Source: Antedon mediterranea (Eukaryota > Animalia > Echinodermata). Taken from it: a stretch of DNA of 64,000 nucleotides. Each line of letters starts with the position of its first letter. The stretch's first letter is position 1. The notes below the pieces were generated by a model. It worked only from the letters and a program-made list of their open reading frames with translations, searched no databases and was not told where the DNA came from. Positions 41,701 through 56,700 of this stretch are shown in pieces. The stretch covers positions 20,783,237 to 20,847,236 of the forward strand of contig NC_092672.1 of assembly GCF_964355755.1 (NCBI RefSeq). The letters are read 5' to 3'. A program made the translations under genes and the position numbers.

Positions 41701-44700
41701 TGTTTGTGCGTATAGAGTACAAGGGGAAAAAACGTAAACATACATAAAACAGTGATGAAAAACAAGATGAACCAGGAGGTAAATTTATATTGAAATTTGT
41801 CAAGGTGATTATTGATTAAGGTTGTGGGAAGTGAATTAAGTAAACTAAAACATTTAGTAACTTGTACAATAAAAAGAATAGTCAATGTGAAATAGGGTTA
41901 AGAATGCAATCAGCATGTATGAGTAGCCATAATGCATTTAAAATCAAAATCAGTAAGTCATTAAAATAAAGTTGATATGGTTTAATTGACTTTTCAATTC
42001 TTTTAAGGCTTAAATAATGAAAAATTCAAGAGAATTAAGTTCACAAACTGAGAATACGCATTAAGTTACAGCAAGTACAGGTGTTGGTCGTAACTTTGTG
42101 AAACATGCCATTTTTAATCCATAGAAAGTTGACTCTTGATATGACTTAAATTAAAAAAGTGTCAATACAAAATGACGTTTGGTTTTTTGATCTATGATCA
42201 ATCATTTAAATTCATAACATCGGGCGAAAGTCATGTTGCGCAACTCTGACGTTTTAAAAAATAGTAGGTGCACAACTTTACGAAGTTATGAAATGTAGAA
42301 TGAAAGAAGAATAATACAGATAAAAAAAGTTGATGATGAATTTATACAATCACAAGGAGTTATCCGCCAAGGTGTGGATAACTAATTATGCAGCCATTTA
42401 ACAAAAAAAATAATTATGCTAAAAAATGTTATCTTTTGAAATAAAGTGTGGTAGTTGATTAACTTGGATTAATGTAAAAAAAAAAATCCAGATTATTCTG
42501 TCCTAGCGACAGATAGCGAATAGGTCAAATAGAAAAATGATTTGACCCCATGTGTATCATCACATACAGGGTAGATGTTTTTTATTTTTGGGGGGTTTGT
42601 TGGTGTATTAAAATCTTTTTCAAAAGAAAACAAAGAGATGAATCTATTAAAATAAAGAAGAAGAAGAAGAAGATTTAATTTTCTGACTATTTATTTGATG
42701 TTAAAAATTATGGCTTTATGGAATGAAACTACAAAACAGTATTCGCTGTATAAATGCTGTATTCATGTTGGATAAGGTATTCAGATTAAGGTGTAGTATA
42801 ATTATTCAGATGGGTATTGTAAATACTATCTGTACATGTTGGTAGTGTATTACTACAAAATGTGAACATATATTGTTATAGTAGTATAAATAATCAAAAC
42901 AACTGATATGACCATTCTAAAACTTCTGGTGAAGTTTTATTAATTTCTCTAAATAAATCAATGATTAAAAATGTCTAATAATGGCATTTCAAATAAGTAT
43001 TAAATAGGCTGTGTACATCATAAGTTAACAGATTTTCCATCTCATTGTGCTTTATAGCTCCATGATTTGGTAGACTGCAATTGTATTTTAAGAACAGCAC
43101 TTAAAATTGATAAAATATAATAGAAATACAATTGAAAGTTTTTAATGTAAATGATTTTAATTAAGATAATTTACATTGGCAGATCTCACTCTGAATACAT
43201 TTAACCATTTCACATTAAACATCATTGTGGTAAAAGACCTACTTAACAAACAATAAATTATATAGACACATTTAATATTAAAAACTCATTACAAACCAGC
43301 ATTTGAGCAGAGAAATATTATTGAGGAAGGTTTTCATTTAATTTTCTCCATGTTACCTTATTCAAGCTGTGACAATTGTATTTATCATGGCTCTGCACAA
43401 CCATGAACAAACATCAGAATGGTTGTCAATATTATAATTATTAATAAAGGACAATTATATAAAAACAATCTGATCCCATCATAATGCACTTTTATATGAT
43501 GATCTAGCAAACTCAAGTAAAATAATATAGGTGGTGTGTGAGCAGCATTGTGTTGGAATGCATTGAATAATAAGACACAAAGGTGTACAACTGGTGTCTT
43601 TAGCTGTGATTGACACGCTGCACTATCATAGACGGGTAGATGTTATTGTGTATTAAATAGATTAAAAAAGAGATGATAGCATTCGGTTTATTCTATTAAA
43701 AAAAGTGGTAGGTTATATAGGTTATACGATAATGTTACTATTGTAGTTTTAATGGAATGAAACTATGTTATGGAATGAATCTACATAGGCATAGTATCAT
43801 GCGCTGTTTAAACACTCATGTTGGATAAGGTATTCAGATTAAGGTGTATGTATATTCAGATGGGTAGTGTAAATCCCAAATAATTTTTTTAAAAGCAATT
43901 TAATAATTATAGAAACTACTAATTCATTTTTGTTCAGTTTTATTCATAAATATTGTTTGATGTTCTTCTGAATTCAATTTTGTGAGCATAAAATAATATC
44001 ATGACTTGTTTTTGTATGCAATGTGTGACAATGCTCTATTATCACACGTACCCAATTAATGAAAAGGGCGTTGCAAACTACAGAAAGCCACTAATCTCTT
44101 CTCTGTATTGACATCATGCTCTTATACTCTTTCATGCTTTTATACTTTATGCAACTTTGTCATAACTTATACACGATGTTAAATGCACCAGGGTTATATA
44201 GCACTGTCTTTTTTTCTCTTTTGTGGCTTGAACGAGCACTTTTGTTCATTCATTCAATGACATGATTAATACAAGTTAATCAGTAATATGTAATACAGTA
44301 GTTGTCATAAATCTACAATCTTCATAATCTATTTGATCATTGTTATCCAATATAATCTTCCTTTTTTCGTAATTGTTGTATATCTTTATCAATATATAGT
44401 ATTCAAAATAAAGACCAAAAATCATTCATTCACAACAAGACACAATTCAATCCGCAATATTTGTTGTTGTTCTAAATATTTCATCTTTATAATCTGTTTA
44501 AATTGTTATTATCCAACGTAATTCTCCCTTTCCTTTCTTTTTTTCGTGTATTTTTTAACCTTTTTATCCATGTATAATAATGTGTATATAAAACATTAAA
44601 ACAGTTATAATTATAAAAAAAAGCATTATAAATATAAACATGAAAAAGGCGTTAGCATTATAGGAATGCTAAATTGTTTAAGTCATTGATAATCAACTTA

Positions 44701-47700
44701 AATAGTATCCAGAAGTTTTTGCACACTGGCTGAATATTTAATTCAGATAGTATCGTAACATCAGGTATAGTATAGAGGCTGGGCCTGTCATCACAATCAC
44801 CATGGATACGTGACTTTAGTAACACATTATTTTCCTTTTAGTATATATATCATTTTAACTTTGAAAGAATCAAATTGAGCTCAGGAGGCCATGCTTTATT
44901 TATACTACAAAATAAACTCAAGAGGAACGATGTAATCTAAAACTTTTTTAGTTGGGGGTGGGGGGGGGGGAGGTCATAAATTAAAAATTCCATTAAAAAC
45001 TTTGCTCTGCAAAACATTTTTCACCATCTCAAGAGTTTATACTACCCTATTTCCTATCCAGAGGATTTTAGCTCTGTCTTAACCCCAGCTTTACACTATA
45101 AAGACTGACAGATCTCAAACTTTTGGGATTCATTAAAAAATAAAAGAACCTTGATAATATAAGTTATAATAATATAATAATAATAATAAAATCATTTTTG
45201 TAATAGAGCTTGTTCACAAACATAATGTGTGCATAAAACATATGCAAAATAAAATCTAAAAATGACCACAAAAGATTACAACAGGGAAAATTGATTAATA
45301 GATTAATACAATTTAAAGAAGTTAATAATAACACATAAAATGAGTTTTTCAATACTCTATAAAGAGTTGTAAAATAATTTTGCAATATCGATATGAATAA
45401 ACTATTTGATTTGTTTTCTTTCTTAATATTTCCATAATTTATAAATTCATTTCATTTCAAGTAGCATTTATTATTCTTTAAAATAGAACCTTAACATTTG
45501 ACAAAAATAAATAATTAAAATAATAATAAATATACTTTTGCTTCAAAAAATAAACATATACAATTATTTTGAAATGCTAAAAAGAAGAGGCTAAACTACT
45601 GTAGAAGTTACTTGTGGCGGGCAAGCCATGTACAATAAAACAAGAAGACCGAACAAAACACATACAAAAAAACAAACAAATAAACAGGAAGCATAAAGAC
45701 ACTAAACAATATAAATGGTAATTATGGGAATTTAGTAGCCATATGCGGCAGAGGAGATGAAAAACGGCTGACAATAATCATTTAAAATATACTATTAATT
45801 TGATGAAATGTAGTTTTTTACTTAAAATACAGAAAACAATTCCTTGAGATCGGGGTACATGTGATATCATTAGGAAGTGCATTCAATAATTTAGAGGCAC
45901 TTATTAGACATTACTACCGTGACATCCTTTAAGAAGTATGAATGAAAAAATGTTTAAGTAACAGAAAAAAAAATAAAAATGTATTTATGATTGATTCCAA
46001 TGTCCAAATAGAAAAAGACAAAAAGTATTTTATTTAATTACCTTTTCACATATTGTCTAGTAGGCCTATTATAAGCCTAGATGCCTAGGCTAACTCTATT
46101 GGTGATGTAACCATCATTTGGTTTTTAGAAAATCATAACATTTAAATAGTACACCTACCGTACTCACTATTAAACAATAGTTTCACACTTTCATTTACTG
46201 TATATATGCCAGTTAATCAAAATGGTCATTTTAAAATCAAAACATGCCACTAGCTTAGCTTACTCTAGTAATGCACATTAATTGTATTATTAGTCCTACT
46301 AGATATAAACCAAAATTTAAACCAGTAGCCCAATGGTATTCGTATACAACATGTGAGTTCACATGTTTACTAAGGCATTTTTAGCATACACAACATTGCT
46401 ATATTATGATTTTTTTTATTTGATTTTTGATTTGTTTATTCAATATTCAATAAATACACAAAAATACATAAAATAATAATTATGTAAACACTTGTGATTT
46501 GATTTGTTCAATATTCAATAAATATTCAAAAAATGTTCTCCTCACATATTAAAAATACATAAAATAATAATTATATAAACACTTGTGATAATCAATAAAA
46601 AACATAGTATGTGTGGAAGGAAACCTATATAAGTTTAACAACTTTACGCCTAGGCTCCCAGAAAAAAATAATAAAAAAGTTGGGAAGATGATGATACAAA
46701 ATACAATATATATCCAAATAAAAAAGGAGAAGGAGAATTGAAAACATCAGACAGTCGAAGATTCAGGCAAGCTCATTGAAAAAAAAAGGTAATTTTTAAA
46801 GAATGCCATACCAAAGATAGAGTAAAAATAATAATTTTTGGGTGCCTACCCATCGAGTAATATAATTATAAAAGTATAAACAAACCCTCCTTCTGTATTT
46901 TGAATGCTACAAATTGAAAAAATTATTTATTTGTGATAATACTCAAGGAATTTTAAATGTTTTAAATTGTATTGAACAATTTGAATTAATTAAATAAATT
47001 GTTCTATTTCTGATTATTATGCTTTATTATTTAAATTCCTTTTACATATCAATGTTACATACTGTAATTTTTTTGGGGGGAATAAAGTTACCTATATATA
47101 TTACATACTGTCATGTGAATAACCTTTAGTGTACAGAACTCAAATTCTTATTTACAGTAAAATTAAAGGACTATGGACATCTCTGAGTGAAGACATACTT
47201 GCTCTGCATAATATTTAATTCCCAACAGTTGATCATTCTAAAGTCATTACATTTTACTAAGAATATAAGCCTGAGTATTCATAACACATTATTAGTGCTT
47301 TATCTCGAACTATGAATACAAGAAAAACACAAATTCATAGTATAGGTAAAAAAACTGGGCTTACTGAACATGCCATGAATAAACAAGCACGAATGTGCGA
47401 TACTCGGGGTACAGCAAAAGAAGCTGTAATGACGTCAGGAGATGGGATGTAACGTCACATACACATCAATAACCTTGCTATCAAATACGGGTTTTTTTTT
47501 TTTCCGGGAGCAGAAGTACTACAACGAATAAGGGAGGAGTAGTACTTTATAAATCGCATTTTTTTCGATTGGTACCATGTTTATGACGTCATAATTGACG
47601 ATTGAAGTATGAACATTTTCTCACTATAGCTTTATTCACCTATTCCCCTAGTATATGCATGCACTGTTTTAGAGCTGGCAGACAATGCGTAAAGAACTAG

Positions 47701-50700
47701 TAGGACTTGAAAGTTGGCTCTGTAGTGTCCAGATGGAAAAGAAGAGAGAGTCCTAGACTCGGGTACCCCAAGTAAAAAATGTTGAATGCATTGAGTGGTG
47801 AAATGGGTAGCTTAGCAGCTGACATAAATAGTAGGATAGACAAGGAATGAGCATCACTAAAGCAAGGCTAACAATCATTGCTAAACAGAAATGTTATGCA
47901 ACTTCAAAATAAAACTAAGGATATTTAAAGCTACAACGGATAGTTTGACTATGAATGTGTGAAACATCAAATCTAAACAGGATCAGGATACAATAGCTAC
48001 ATGGAAGCTGAATTGCTACGAGTTGAAAGGCATTCTAGAAGCTACAGCCTAAGATTTGGTGACATCAAGGAAAAGATCCAATGCAACTTGTAAAGAACAT
48101 ATTTAAAACTGATCTTGACTTAAATATTATTTTGATTGAAAAATGCACACTGAACTGGAAAAATCAAGGTGAAGATCTACAGTATGCCTAAGACACATTA
48201 TCATTTATAGGCGCAGTCGCAGAGATCCATTGTAATTTGAAAAGCTAAGGCTATGAAGGCAACACACTTTTATGCCGGCTGCCGACATCCAGAAAAAGCA
48301 TTTAATGAAGGAAAATGATTAAAAATGGTAATCTTTAAACATATATACTATATGTTGGTCATGACTTACAGTAAGTAGGTACAATGTACAATTGATAGTT
48401 TATGATTCAGAAATTCTAAACAAATCACCACCTTTGTCATATGCATAATGTATTTAATTTAAAAACTGTTATGAACATTTCAGAACACAATTATTGATTT
48501 TTTTTATTACAAAATATAACCAGATTTATTATTGACAAAAGAACTATGAGATTCGCTTTTTATAAATCATTAAACAAAAAAGAATGGCTTTATTTACAAG
48601 TCAACTGAAATCTAATAACATAGAACATTTTTCGGTTATTATAAATTAATTTTTTTAATCAAATTTAATAAGCATAATCTATTTAATAATTGTTTTATAT
48701 CATCTTATCAACTATTGTACTTTTTTCCCTACGATTTCTAAACCAACGAGAATTACAAAAACTAATGCAGAGCTTATTGATTATTTTTACACAAACAATA
48801 GGCCTACTAATTTTGATATTTTATCGGGTATTACAATTCAGACATCTCTGATCATTTACCTATTTAAAAAATAATTGATTATGGTTGACGTTCCTGACCA
48901 TTCAGACTGAATTAAGCCCTTTTCACATAGAATTGCGGCAATATCCCAGTAAGCAAGCCGGTATTATTGCCGTTATTTTACCAGTTTCTGTGTGAAAGGC
49001 CACAGTGAAAAGGCGCACTATTTAAAGATTACTGTCTTCATAGAATAGAGGTCGCACTTTTTTAGAAAAAAAAATGGAGGGCACTGCCGACGAAACATGC
49101 CATGTGCCCACATGTTTGCTGATGTTGTTTGGTGTGTCCGTCGTTTAGTTTTATTGGTTTTTATTATGGTGCATAAAACCTATATTTTTGCCCAACACCA
49201 CTCCGTGCTACTAACTGCCTGATCGTGGTGGCCATTATACAGAAACAAAATCTATTAGGCCTACAAATAGTTTCGAATTTAATTATCAGAAGCTGTTATG
49301 AGCTAGCACCAGGCGCGCACACCAGAGGATATTCCCGCTAGAACTATGCTAACTAGGGCCTAGGCTTACGTACGTTACAGCAAGTTAAATAATCTTTGGA
49401 CCAACATCTGTTATATTTTTATTATTATTGCCCGTATTCTTTCATTGTATTATTTAACCTAAAAAAATATATATTGATATAATCTAATAATTTGGCATAA
49501 AATAATTGCCACAGTCTTTCTCAATCAAGTAAAATGTCCCGAATTTATCCTTGCTTCACTGCGTAAGCAGGCCTTATATCGTGGACTTTTCACACAGATC
49601 AGGCTTACAGTACGACCGTGACGGTAGCTGCATTAAGGGGTTTTACCCTTTTCGCACATATAGAGATATAAGGGGCATTTTGCTTTGATCTTTGTCAAAC
49701 TGATTCGTTTAAACTATACAGTTAATTCTAATGTTGGATACATTTTTTTATATACTTTTTGCAGTTCAAGAAAAAAAACCCAAACACTAAAACAACTATG
49801 GATGACACCACTCTACCTACACCATCTAAACAAAGTTAGTAAACATAAGCATAAACTTTAACAAATTCATAAATGTTCAAATATCTCAAGATATAAAAAG
49901 TATAGCAACATTATTACTGCACTCTGTAAAATTTCAAAGAAAAAAATGCTACAAAACTAAATTCAATCAGATTAAATGTAACATAAAAAATGAGAAGTAA
50001 TACATTCTGTAATTAATCCTGGTAAAGAAAGTAGAAATACACCTCATGTTTAACAAATTAATGATGAATATTTTTATGATACAAACATAATTAGTCAGAA
50101 TGTAATTAAATTATTTTTCAAAAATGTGTAAAACTCTGTAATTCTAACCAAAAACTTTTGATGTTGCATGGAGTAAAGAATTATTCTTTACTCCATGGAT
50201 GTTGTAAACCATGATATTTTTAAGTGGTTTCGCTATGGTATTTGGGGGCCTTTCTTAGATTGGTTTAAAAACTATTTTACAGATCAAAATCGTTATTTCA
50301 AATTAATAATTAGTAAATCTTCCAGACAACCTTTTTTATGCAAATGATACAACTTTCTTTTATTTCAATAACAATATTGATGTATTGTTAAACTTTTTAA
50401 ATTTAACTGAATCAACTTTTTCATACATTATGATTTACTATATTATAACTCTAAAAAATATATATATATAAAATATCAGAAATTATAATGTTTTACTCAA
50501 ATATCAATATGAAAGATATAAATGTTTATTTGAATTTGAATTTGAAAGAGTTAAGTAAGCTAGTGAATGGTTCACTACAAACCAATTATTAATTAATATG
50601 GCTAAAACAAATTGTATTAGATATACATTTTTACACACAATTGTTATATTTTTTAATGGAATATTAATTGAAATAATAAGTGAAGTCCATTCCTTGGTCT

Positions 50701-53700
50701 TTTAATTAGATTATTGGCTGCCAATAATTTTTATCAAAAAATATATAAATATATTAGTATTCTAAACAAATTAAAATAAAATGTTTTACTTATACACTGT
50801 ACTGTAACATTGTTTGGGCTGGTGATTACGCCCCCTCTAATCCGAGGGTGAAGGTTTAGCAATTATTTTTAAACCAAAAAATAATGCTTAACCACAAAAT
50901 TAAGTATTTAACAAAAATATATTTAAATTTCTTAACTGACAAGCCAAGTGAGCTGTACACTACTGATTCAATCATTTTTAAGTTGTTTAAATGAGTTTTG
51001 CTATGTTTTTTGGAGGATTGCAGAGTTTGGCAATTATTTATAAACAAAAAATAATGTTTTACCCCAAATATAAGTGGAATAGTCTTGATTTAACCATTGT
51101 TTCTAATTGTAAAAACTTTTAAATGATATTTGAAAAATCATTATCTGATGAAATAATATGCTATTGTCTATATTTCTGTTGATTTTATTTATTTATTTTA
51201 AGTTTTGGTTCCTGTATAGTTATTACCTTTATTCATGTAATTCACTTTATGTTTTCATGCTACTTTTTAAACAAATTAATGTAACCTAAATATATTTTCT
51301 GTTTTGTATTCATTTGACCATTACGAAAAAAATTGTATTGAACTTTAACTTGATAATATTGTTATTTGTTTTTCAACTCATCACAAGCCCTCAAAATGAG
51401 TGCTTATGTTTTTTATATGTACATTTGGATAAAAAGAAAAAGCCAGTATACAATCTAAATTAATAGTTATACATTAAATCAGGGCAATTATTAAATAAGT
51501 CAATGTACATTTTATTTTGATTTCAAATCTCAGGGAATAATTAATTTATGTGTGAAATTATAGGACAATTCTCAATAAAAAAACATTATAACAATACTGC
51601 TTGCACATTAGATGAATGAGAAACTTCAATCACTGAATGTCAGTAATTCTTAAATAATTGACAGAAGGTGAAAAGGTGTAAAACTAATCAAAGATTTAAC
51701 ATTACAAGAAATAATTCAGAAACAGAAGGACTTGATTGTTCCATAGTTTTGTACCACAATACTGTAAATGAAATTCTGTATTTACCTAAAATAATACAAG
51801 GTTTAGGTAAAAGGAAAATTAACATTTAGTGCATATTTTATTTTTAATTTTTACAAAAATACTACATAGTGTAAATTTTAGTTTATTTAAAATATTAAAT
51901 AATTCAGTGTTTGAACTATAAAGAACTATTGGTGGTTGGACATTATTGTTGGACACGATACCTGGGTCTTTATACATGCTGATATAGAGAGTAGAAGGCA
52001 TGGAACCACATTAGCACTATTTAGTCAGTGAAATCGACTAGTAGCCACATGCTAGAAAGATGTCCTATTCACGCTGCCGTGCTGTTTAAGGATATTTTAC
52101 GAAGATGTGGGTACAATATGTATCTATTTGGACTGCATAGCATTCGCTGGGTTGGTGTTACCTTAGCCGCTAACGCAGGGGTTTAAGGTAGGTTGTTAAA
52201 AAAGCATGACCGATGAAAGGTAAGCCACATGTTAAAGGTTTCCTAGTCGTTGGGCTTATAGTAATATTGTTATATATGCATTAAGCAATATGTGTACTTG
52301 TGATATGTCATACATATGACTCGTGCTCGGTATCCATTTTGTAGAGAGAGATTACTTTAATGAACAACAGAGGGCGGCCTAACTATTTACAGTATGATGT
52401 ACTGTATGTGGTCAATACACTACAATTCTTCCCCTTTAGATTCAATGGTAATAACATTTTAAATAGCATTAAGCTTTAAGGTATATTGCTCGTTATAAGA
52501 TTTATTTATTTTTTTTAAACTGTTCTGATAATAAAGTGTTTCAATCTCAAGTGTCCGTAGTCTCATTATTTATATTGTTATCATTATGATTATTGTTAAC
52601 TGTATTGAGTTATGTCTAAAGGTCCATTATAAATCAAGTCTGTTAGGTGGTTTCCTGTTCCTCTGTGGGTATCTCCTTGGTGGTGGTTGTTGTGGAATCT
52701 CAACTGGTTGTTGTATTTCCGGTGGTGGTGTTGGTGTTGCTGAGATAGCTGGTTCTAAATCAACAGGATCTATATCTGGAGGTGTCTCTAGATCTAGTGT
52801 TAAGCCACTGCTTAGGATTTGATCAATGTGTCTTTTCCAAATCATGTCTGGTCCAACTTTGACTTCATATGACAACTTTCCAGTTTTCCTATGAATAATT
52901 CCAACTATCCACTTCTGACTCTTTGATCTATAGTCACGAACACACACTTTGTCTCCTTCTTTGAATTCTCTAAGCTTCTTTTCGCTAGTTGGTTTTCTCT
53001 GGCTTTCCTGGTTATTTTCAACTTTTTGACGTAAGTCAGGTATAATGCAATCTAGTCTGGTGCGTAGTTGTCTTCCAATAAACATCATTGCTGGAGATAT
53101 TCCAGTTGTGTTGTGTTGGGCATTTCTATATGCTAATAGAAAGTTTGCAAGTTTTTGTTTTGTGTCGTTTCCTTCTTTTGCCGATTTGAGTGCTCCTTTA
53201 AATGATTGCACAAAACGTTCTGCTAACCCATTGGTTGCTGGGTGGTATGGTGCTGATTTGATGTGTCTAATACCATTATTCTTGAGAAACATTTCAAATT
53301 CTTCTGACACAAATTGCGGACCATTGTCCGATACCAACTGCTTTGGTAGTCCATACCTCGCAAATAAATCACGCAACAGAGTTATTGATTTGCTTGATGT
53401 CGCTGTGGTCGTAGGCAATACCTCAGGCCACTTGGATTGTGCATCCACAACTACCAGATACATTATGTTGTTTATTGGTCCCGCATAGTCGATGTGGATA
53501 CGTTCCCACGGACTGCTCGGCCACTGCCATGGATGTAGGGGTGCTTTCTGAGGTTCATGCAGTGTCTTTTGGCATCCACTACAGGTTTTTGCTAATTTCT
53601 CTATGTCAGCATCCACTCTCGGCCACCAAACATAGCTCCTTGCCAAGGACTTCATTTTTACAATGCCCAAATGTCCTTCATGTAACTCGTCAAGTACTCT

Positions 53701-56700
53701 TGCTCTGAATTTTGGTGATGATTCGCGTACCCCATAGCAAACATCCATCAAAAATTGACAGTTCATCACGTCGTCTATGGAATGGTTCAAATTCCGGATC
53801 ACAGCTCTTAGGCCAACCCTTCATTGTGTAATCATACACCTTTGACATTGTTGGGTTGTGTAATGTCTCAATCTTGACTCCATCAATGTTGTGTGACAAT
53901 ATGGCTCCTAAGCCATATGGAGAAGCATCTGTAGCTAGCTTAACAGGCAATGTTGGGTCATAATGTGTTAACACATTATCTGCAGTCACAAGTTGTTTGG
54001 CTTTATTAAACGCCATCTCGCAATCCTTTGTCCATGTCCATTTTTCCTTTTTCTCTAACAGTTTATTCAACGGATGAATTTCTGTAGCTAAGTCTTTCAG
54101 GAATCGATGGTAATAGTTGATCAATCCCAAGAATGATCTGAGTTCACTTACGGTTGTAGGTTTGGGAGCATTTCTAACAGCTTCAATCTTGTCCTCAGTT
54201 TTATGTAATCCATTTTTATCTATCACATGACCACAAAAAACGACCTTTTCTTTGAAGAATTCACACTTCTTGTCATTGAGGCACAGTCCTCTATCACTGA
54301 GAACCTTTAATACTTTTTCTAGATTCCTTAAATGTTCTTCATGAGTAGTGCCAGTAATAATCATGTCGTCAAGTAGACACTGGACTCCCGGAATACCATT
54401 CAGGATTTGTTCCATGGTCCGCTGCCATATGGCAGGGGCAGATGCAATGCCATACACTAGTCGATTAAACTGGAATAGCCCTTTGTGTGTATTTATGGTC
54501 AGCATGTTTCTGGATTCTTCTTCCATCTCTAAATGTAAATATGCTTGTTTCAAATCTAGTTTGGTGAACTTCTGTCCACCCGCTAAGGTTGCGAAAACAT
54601 CCTCGATTCTTGGAAGAGGGTAGCAGTCCACTTTTAAGTTTGGATTTACTGTAACTTTGTAGTCTCCACACAACCTGACATCTCCATTACTTTTTGGTAC
54701 AGGCACTATTGGGGTTGCCCAATCACTAGTTTGAATCGGGGTGATGATTCCCTGACTCTCGAGGTTCCTTAATTCGGCTTCAACTGCAGGTCGAAGTGCA
54801 TACAGTATGGTACATTCCTTGCCTTAATAAAAACTGGTTGTGCTCCATCCTGTAAGGTAAGTTTACCTTTTACCCCATTCACCTTTCCAATTTTGTTAAA
54901 GAGTTTTGGAAATTTATTCAGTATTGCTGGTACATCAGCTTTGTTGTGGTCAGCCTTCACTGTGAAGACGCTGGCCCAGTCTAACTTGATATGTGTCAAC
55001 CACTGACGACCAAACAACGGGGGTCCACCTCTTTCTACTACATATAGTTTTCCATCGTGTTTCTGTCCGTTGTATTCTACTTTGGCCTTCAAATACCCTT
55101 TTGTCTTTACTTCTTCTCCAGTATAAGTTCTAAGTTGAACTTTGGTCGGCAACAAGTCTGTATTCCTAAAATATTTCTCAAAATCTTCTGTCGAAATCAA
55201 CGAGAGTGCACTGCCAGTATCCACTATCATGTCCAATGGGATATTATCTATCGTTGGTTTTATCTTCACTGATTTCCCAACGTCTACATTATTAACATAC
55301 ACCATGGCTAGAAGGTTGTCTTCTTCTTCATCAACAACATTCACTCGCTTACCCTTCTTAGTTTGGTGTGGTGTTTGTTTTGATTTACTCCGGCATGCAG
55401 CCTTGATATGTCCCTTCTTTTTACAGTTATGGCACTCAACTTCTTTGTACCGGCAGTCGTTTGCCTTATGACCACCCTTGTTGCAGCGATAACATAATTG
55501 CTGCTTATTATAGTGTTTCACGTTTATCTTGTTCACAGTACTCTGTGGTTCTTCTTTAAACTGTTGTTGTAGTAGCGAAGCATCCTTCGTTGCAGTTTCC
55601 ATAGCAACTGCCATTTGTAGCGCTTTTGCTAATGTAAGCTTTGCCTCAGCCAACAGTCTTTTTTGTATACTGCCTGACCTAATTCCGCAAACAAGACGAT
55701 CCCGCAGGGCGTCATTTAGCTGTGCTCCAAATTCACAGTGTTTGGTGAGGCGTCGTAAATCCGCTAAATAGGCCTGGATTGTTTCACCTTCATGCTGCTC
55801 ACGTTTGTGAAACCTGAATCTTTCAGCTATAACTAGAGGTTTAGGACTCAGATGCCTTTCCAACGAATCCACAAGTTCCGGAAATGTTTTGGTTGATGGT
55901 AAATCAGGTGCCACTAAGTTCTTCAGAAGACCGTAAGTCTTAGGCCCTATCAAGCTGAGTAACGTAGGTACACGCTTGTCGTCATCCACGTCGTTTGCCA
56001 TGAAATATGCCTCTAACCTTTCCACATAGGAGGCCCAGTCCTCTGCCTCGCCGTCATACGGATCGAGTCTACCAATTATAGTACTCATCTTAGCAGATTG
56101 TAGAATATTAACTATTGAATATTCTTACTCACAGATTAATCTTCTTATTGACGCGCTTTCCGTTATATTCTCGTCGCCAATTGTGATATATCATACATAT
56201 GACTCGTGCTCGGTATCCATTTTGTAGAGAGAGATTACTTTAATGAACAACAGAGGGCGGCCTAACTATTTACAGTATGATGTATGTGGTCAATACACTA
56301 CAGTACTGTGAATAAAGTGTTTGTAACAAGCAATTTTACGTCTCTTGACCGTTATTTAACATTCTTGATACGGTGCTCTACTACAAGGAAAGGGAAGTTG
56401 AACTATTCTGTCTTAAAAAGGGTGGAACCGGTAAGATAAATTTAGTTTTACTAAACTATAGCACAAAAATAAAAATTTGAAATTGCATAAAAACACCGGA
56501 AACATAAACGTTATATTAAATATATTTAGTCATCTGATAATATTTTTTACCACACCGTTTATTTTTCCTTTATTGTAGCAAAATAAAATAAAAAAAATTA
56601 TGAAACATCAATAATTATTAGAATGTACGATCAATAGAAATTTATTGTCTATTATAACTAGGTATCCCAATGAAAAAATTCAGATTAATTGTTTTACTTT

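Larger units (their letters stand above)
52299..56302 (-). mobile_element. Ty3/Gypsy (Mag-like) LTR retrotransposon, defective
   Basis: TG...CA LTRs at 52299-52424 and 56182-56302; 5-bp TSD GTACT (52294-52298, 56303-56307); PBS TGGCGACGAG at 56179-56170; PPT 52425-52440; gag-PR-RT-(RH)-IN order. Confidence 0.95.

Noticed and set aside
47201-47239. Possible 39-nt minus-strand exon (NDQLLGIKYYAEQ)
   Set aside because: Has AG/GT boundaries but no ankyrin similarity; may be chance
47880-48350. Possible LINE ORF1 remnant
   Set aside because: Only faint motif similarity with many stops; cannot be supported without a search
54790-54810. Programmed gag-pol ribosomal frameshift
   Set aside because: The shift lies after the protease, lacks a slippery heptamer, and is fully explained by a 5-bp insertion
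52586-55771. Plus-strand ORFs overlapping the Gypsy element (e.g. 53045-53488, 55142-55471)
   Set aside because: Antisense shadows of gag-pol with no recognisable motifs
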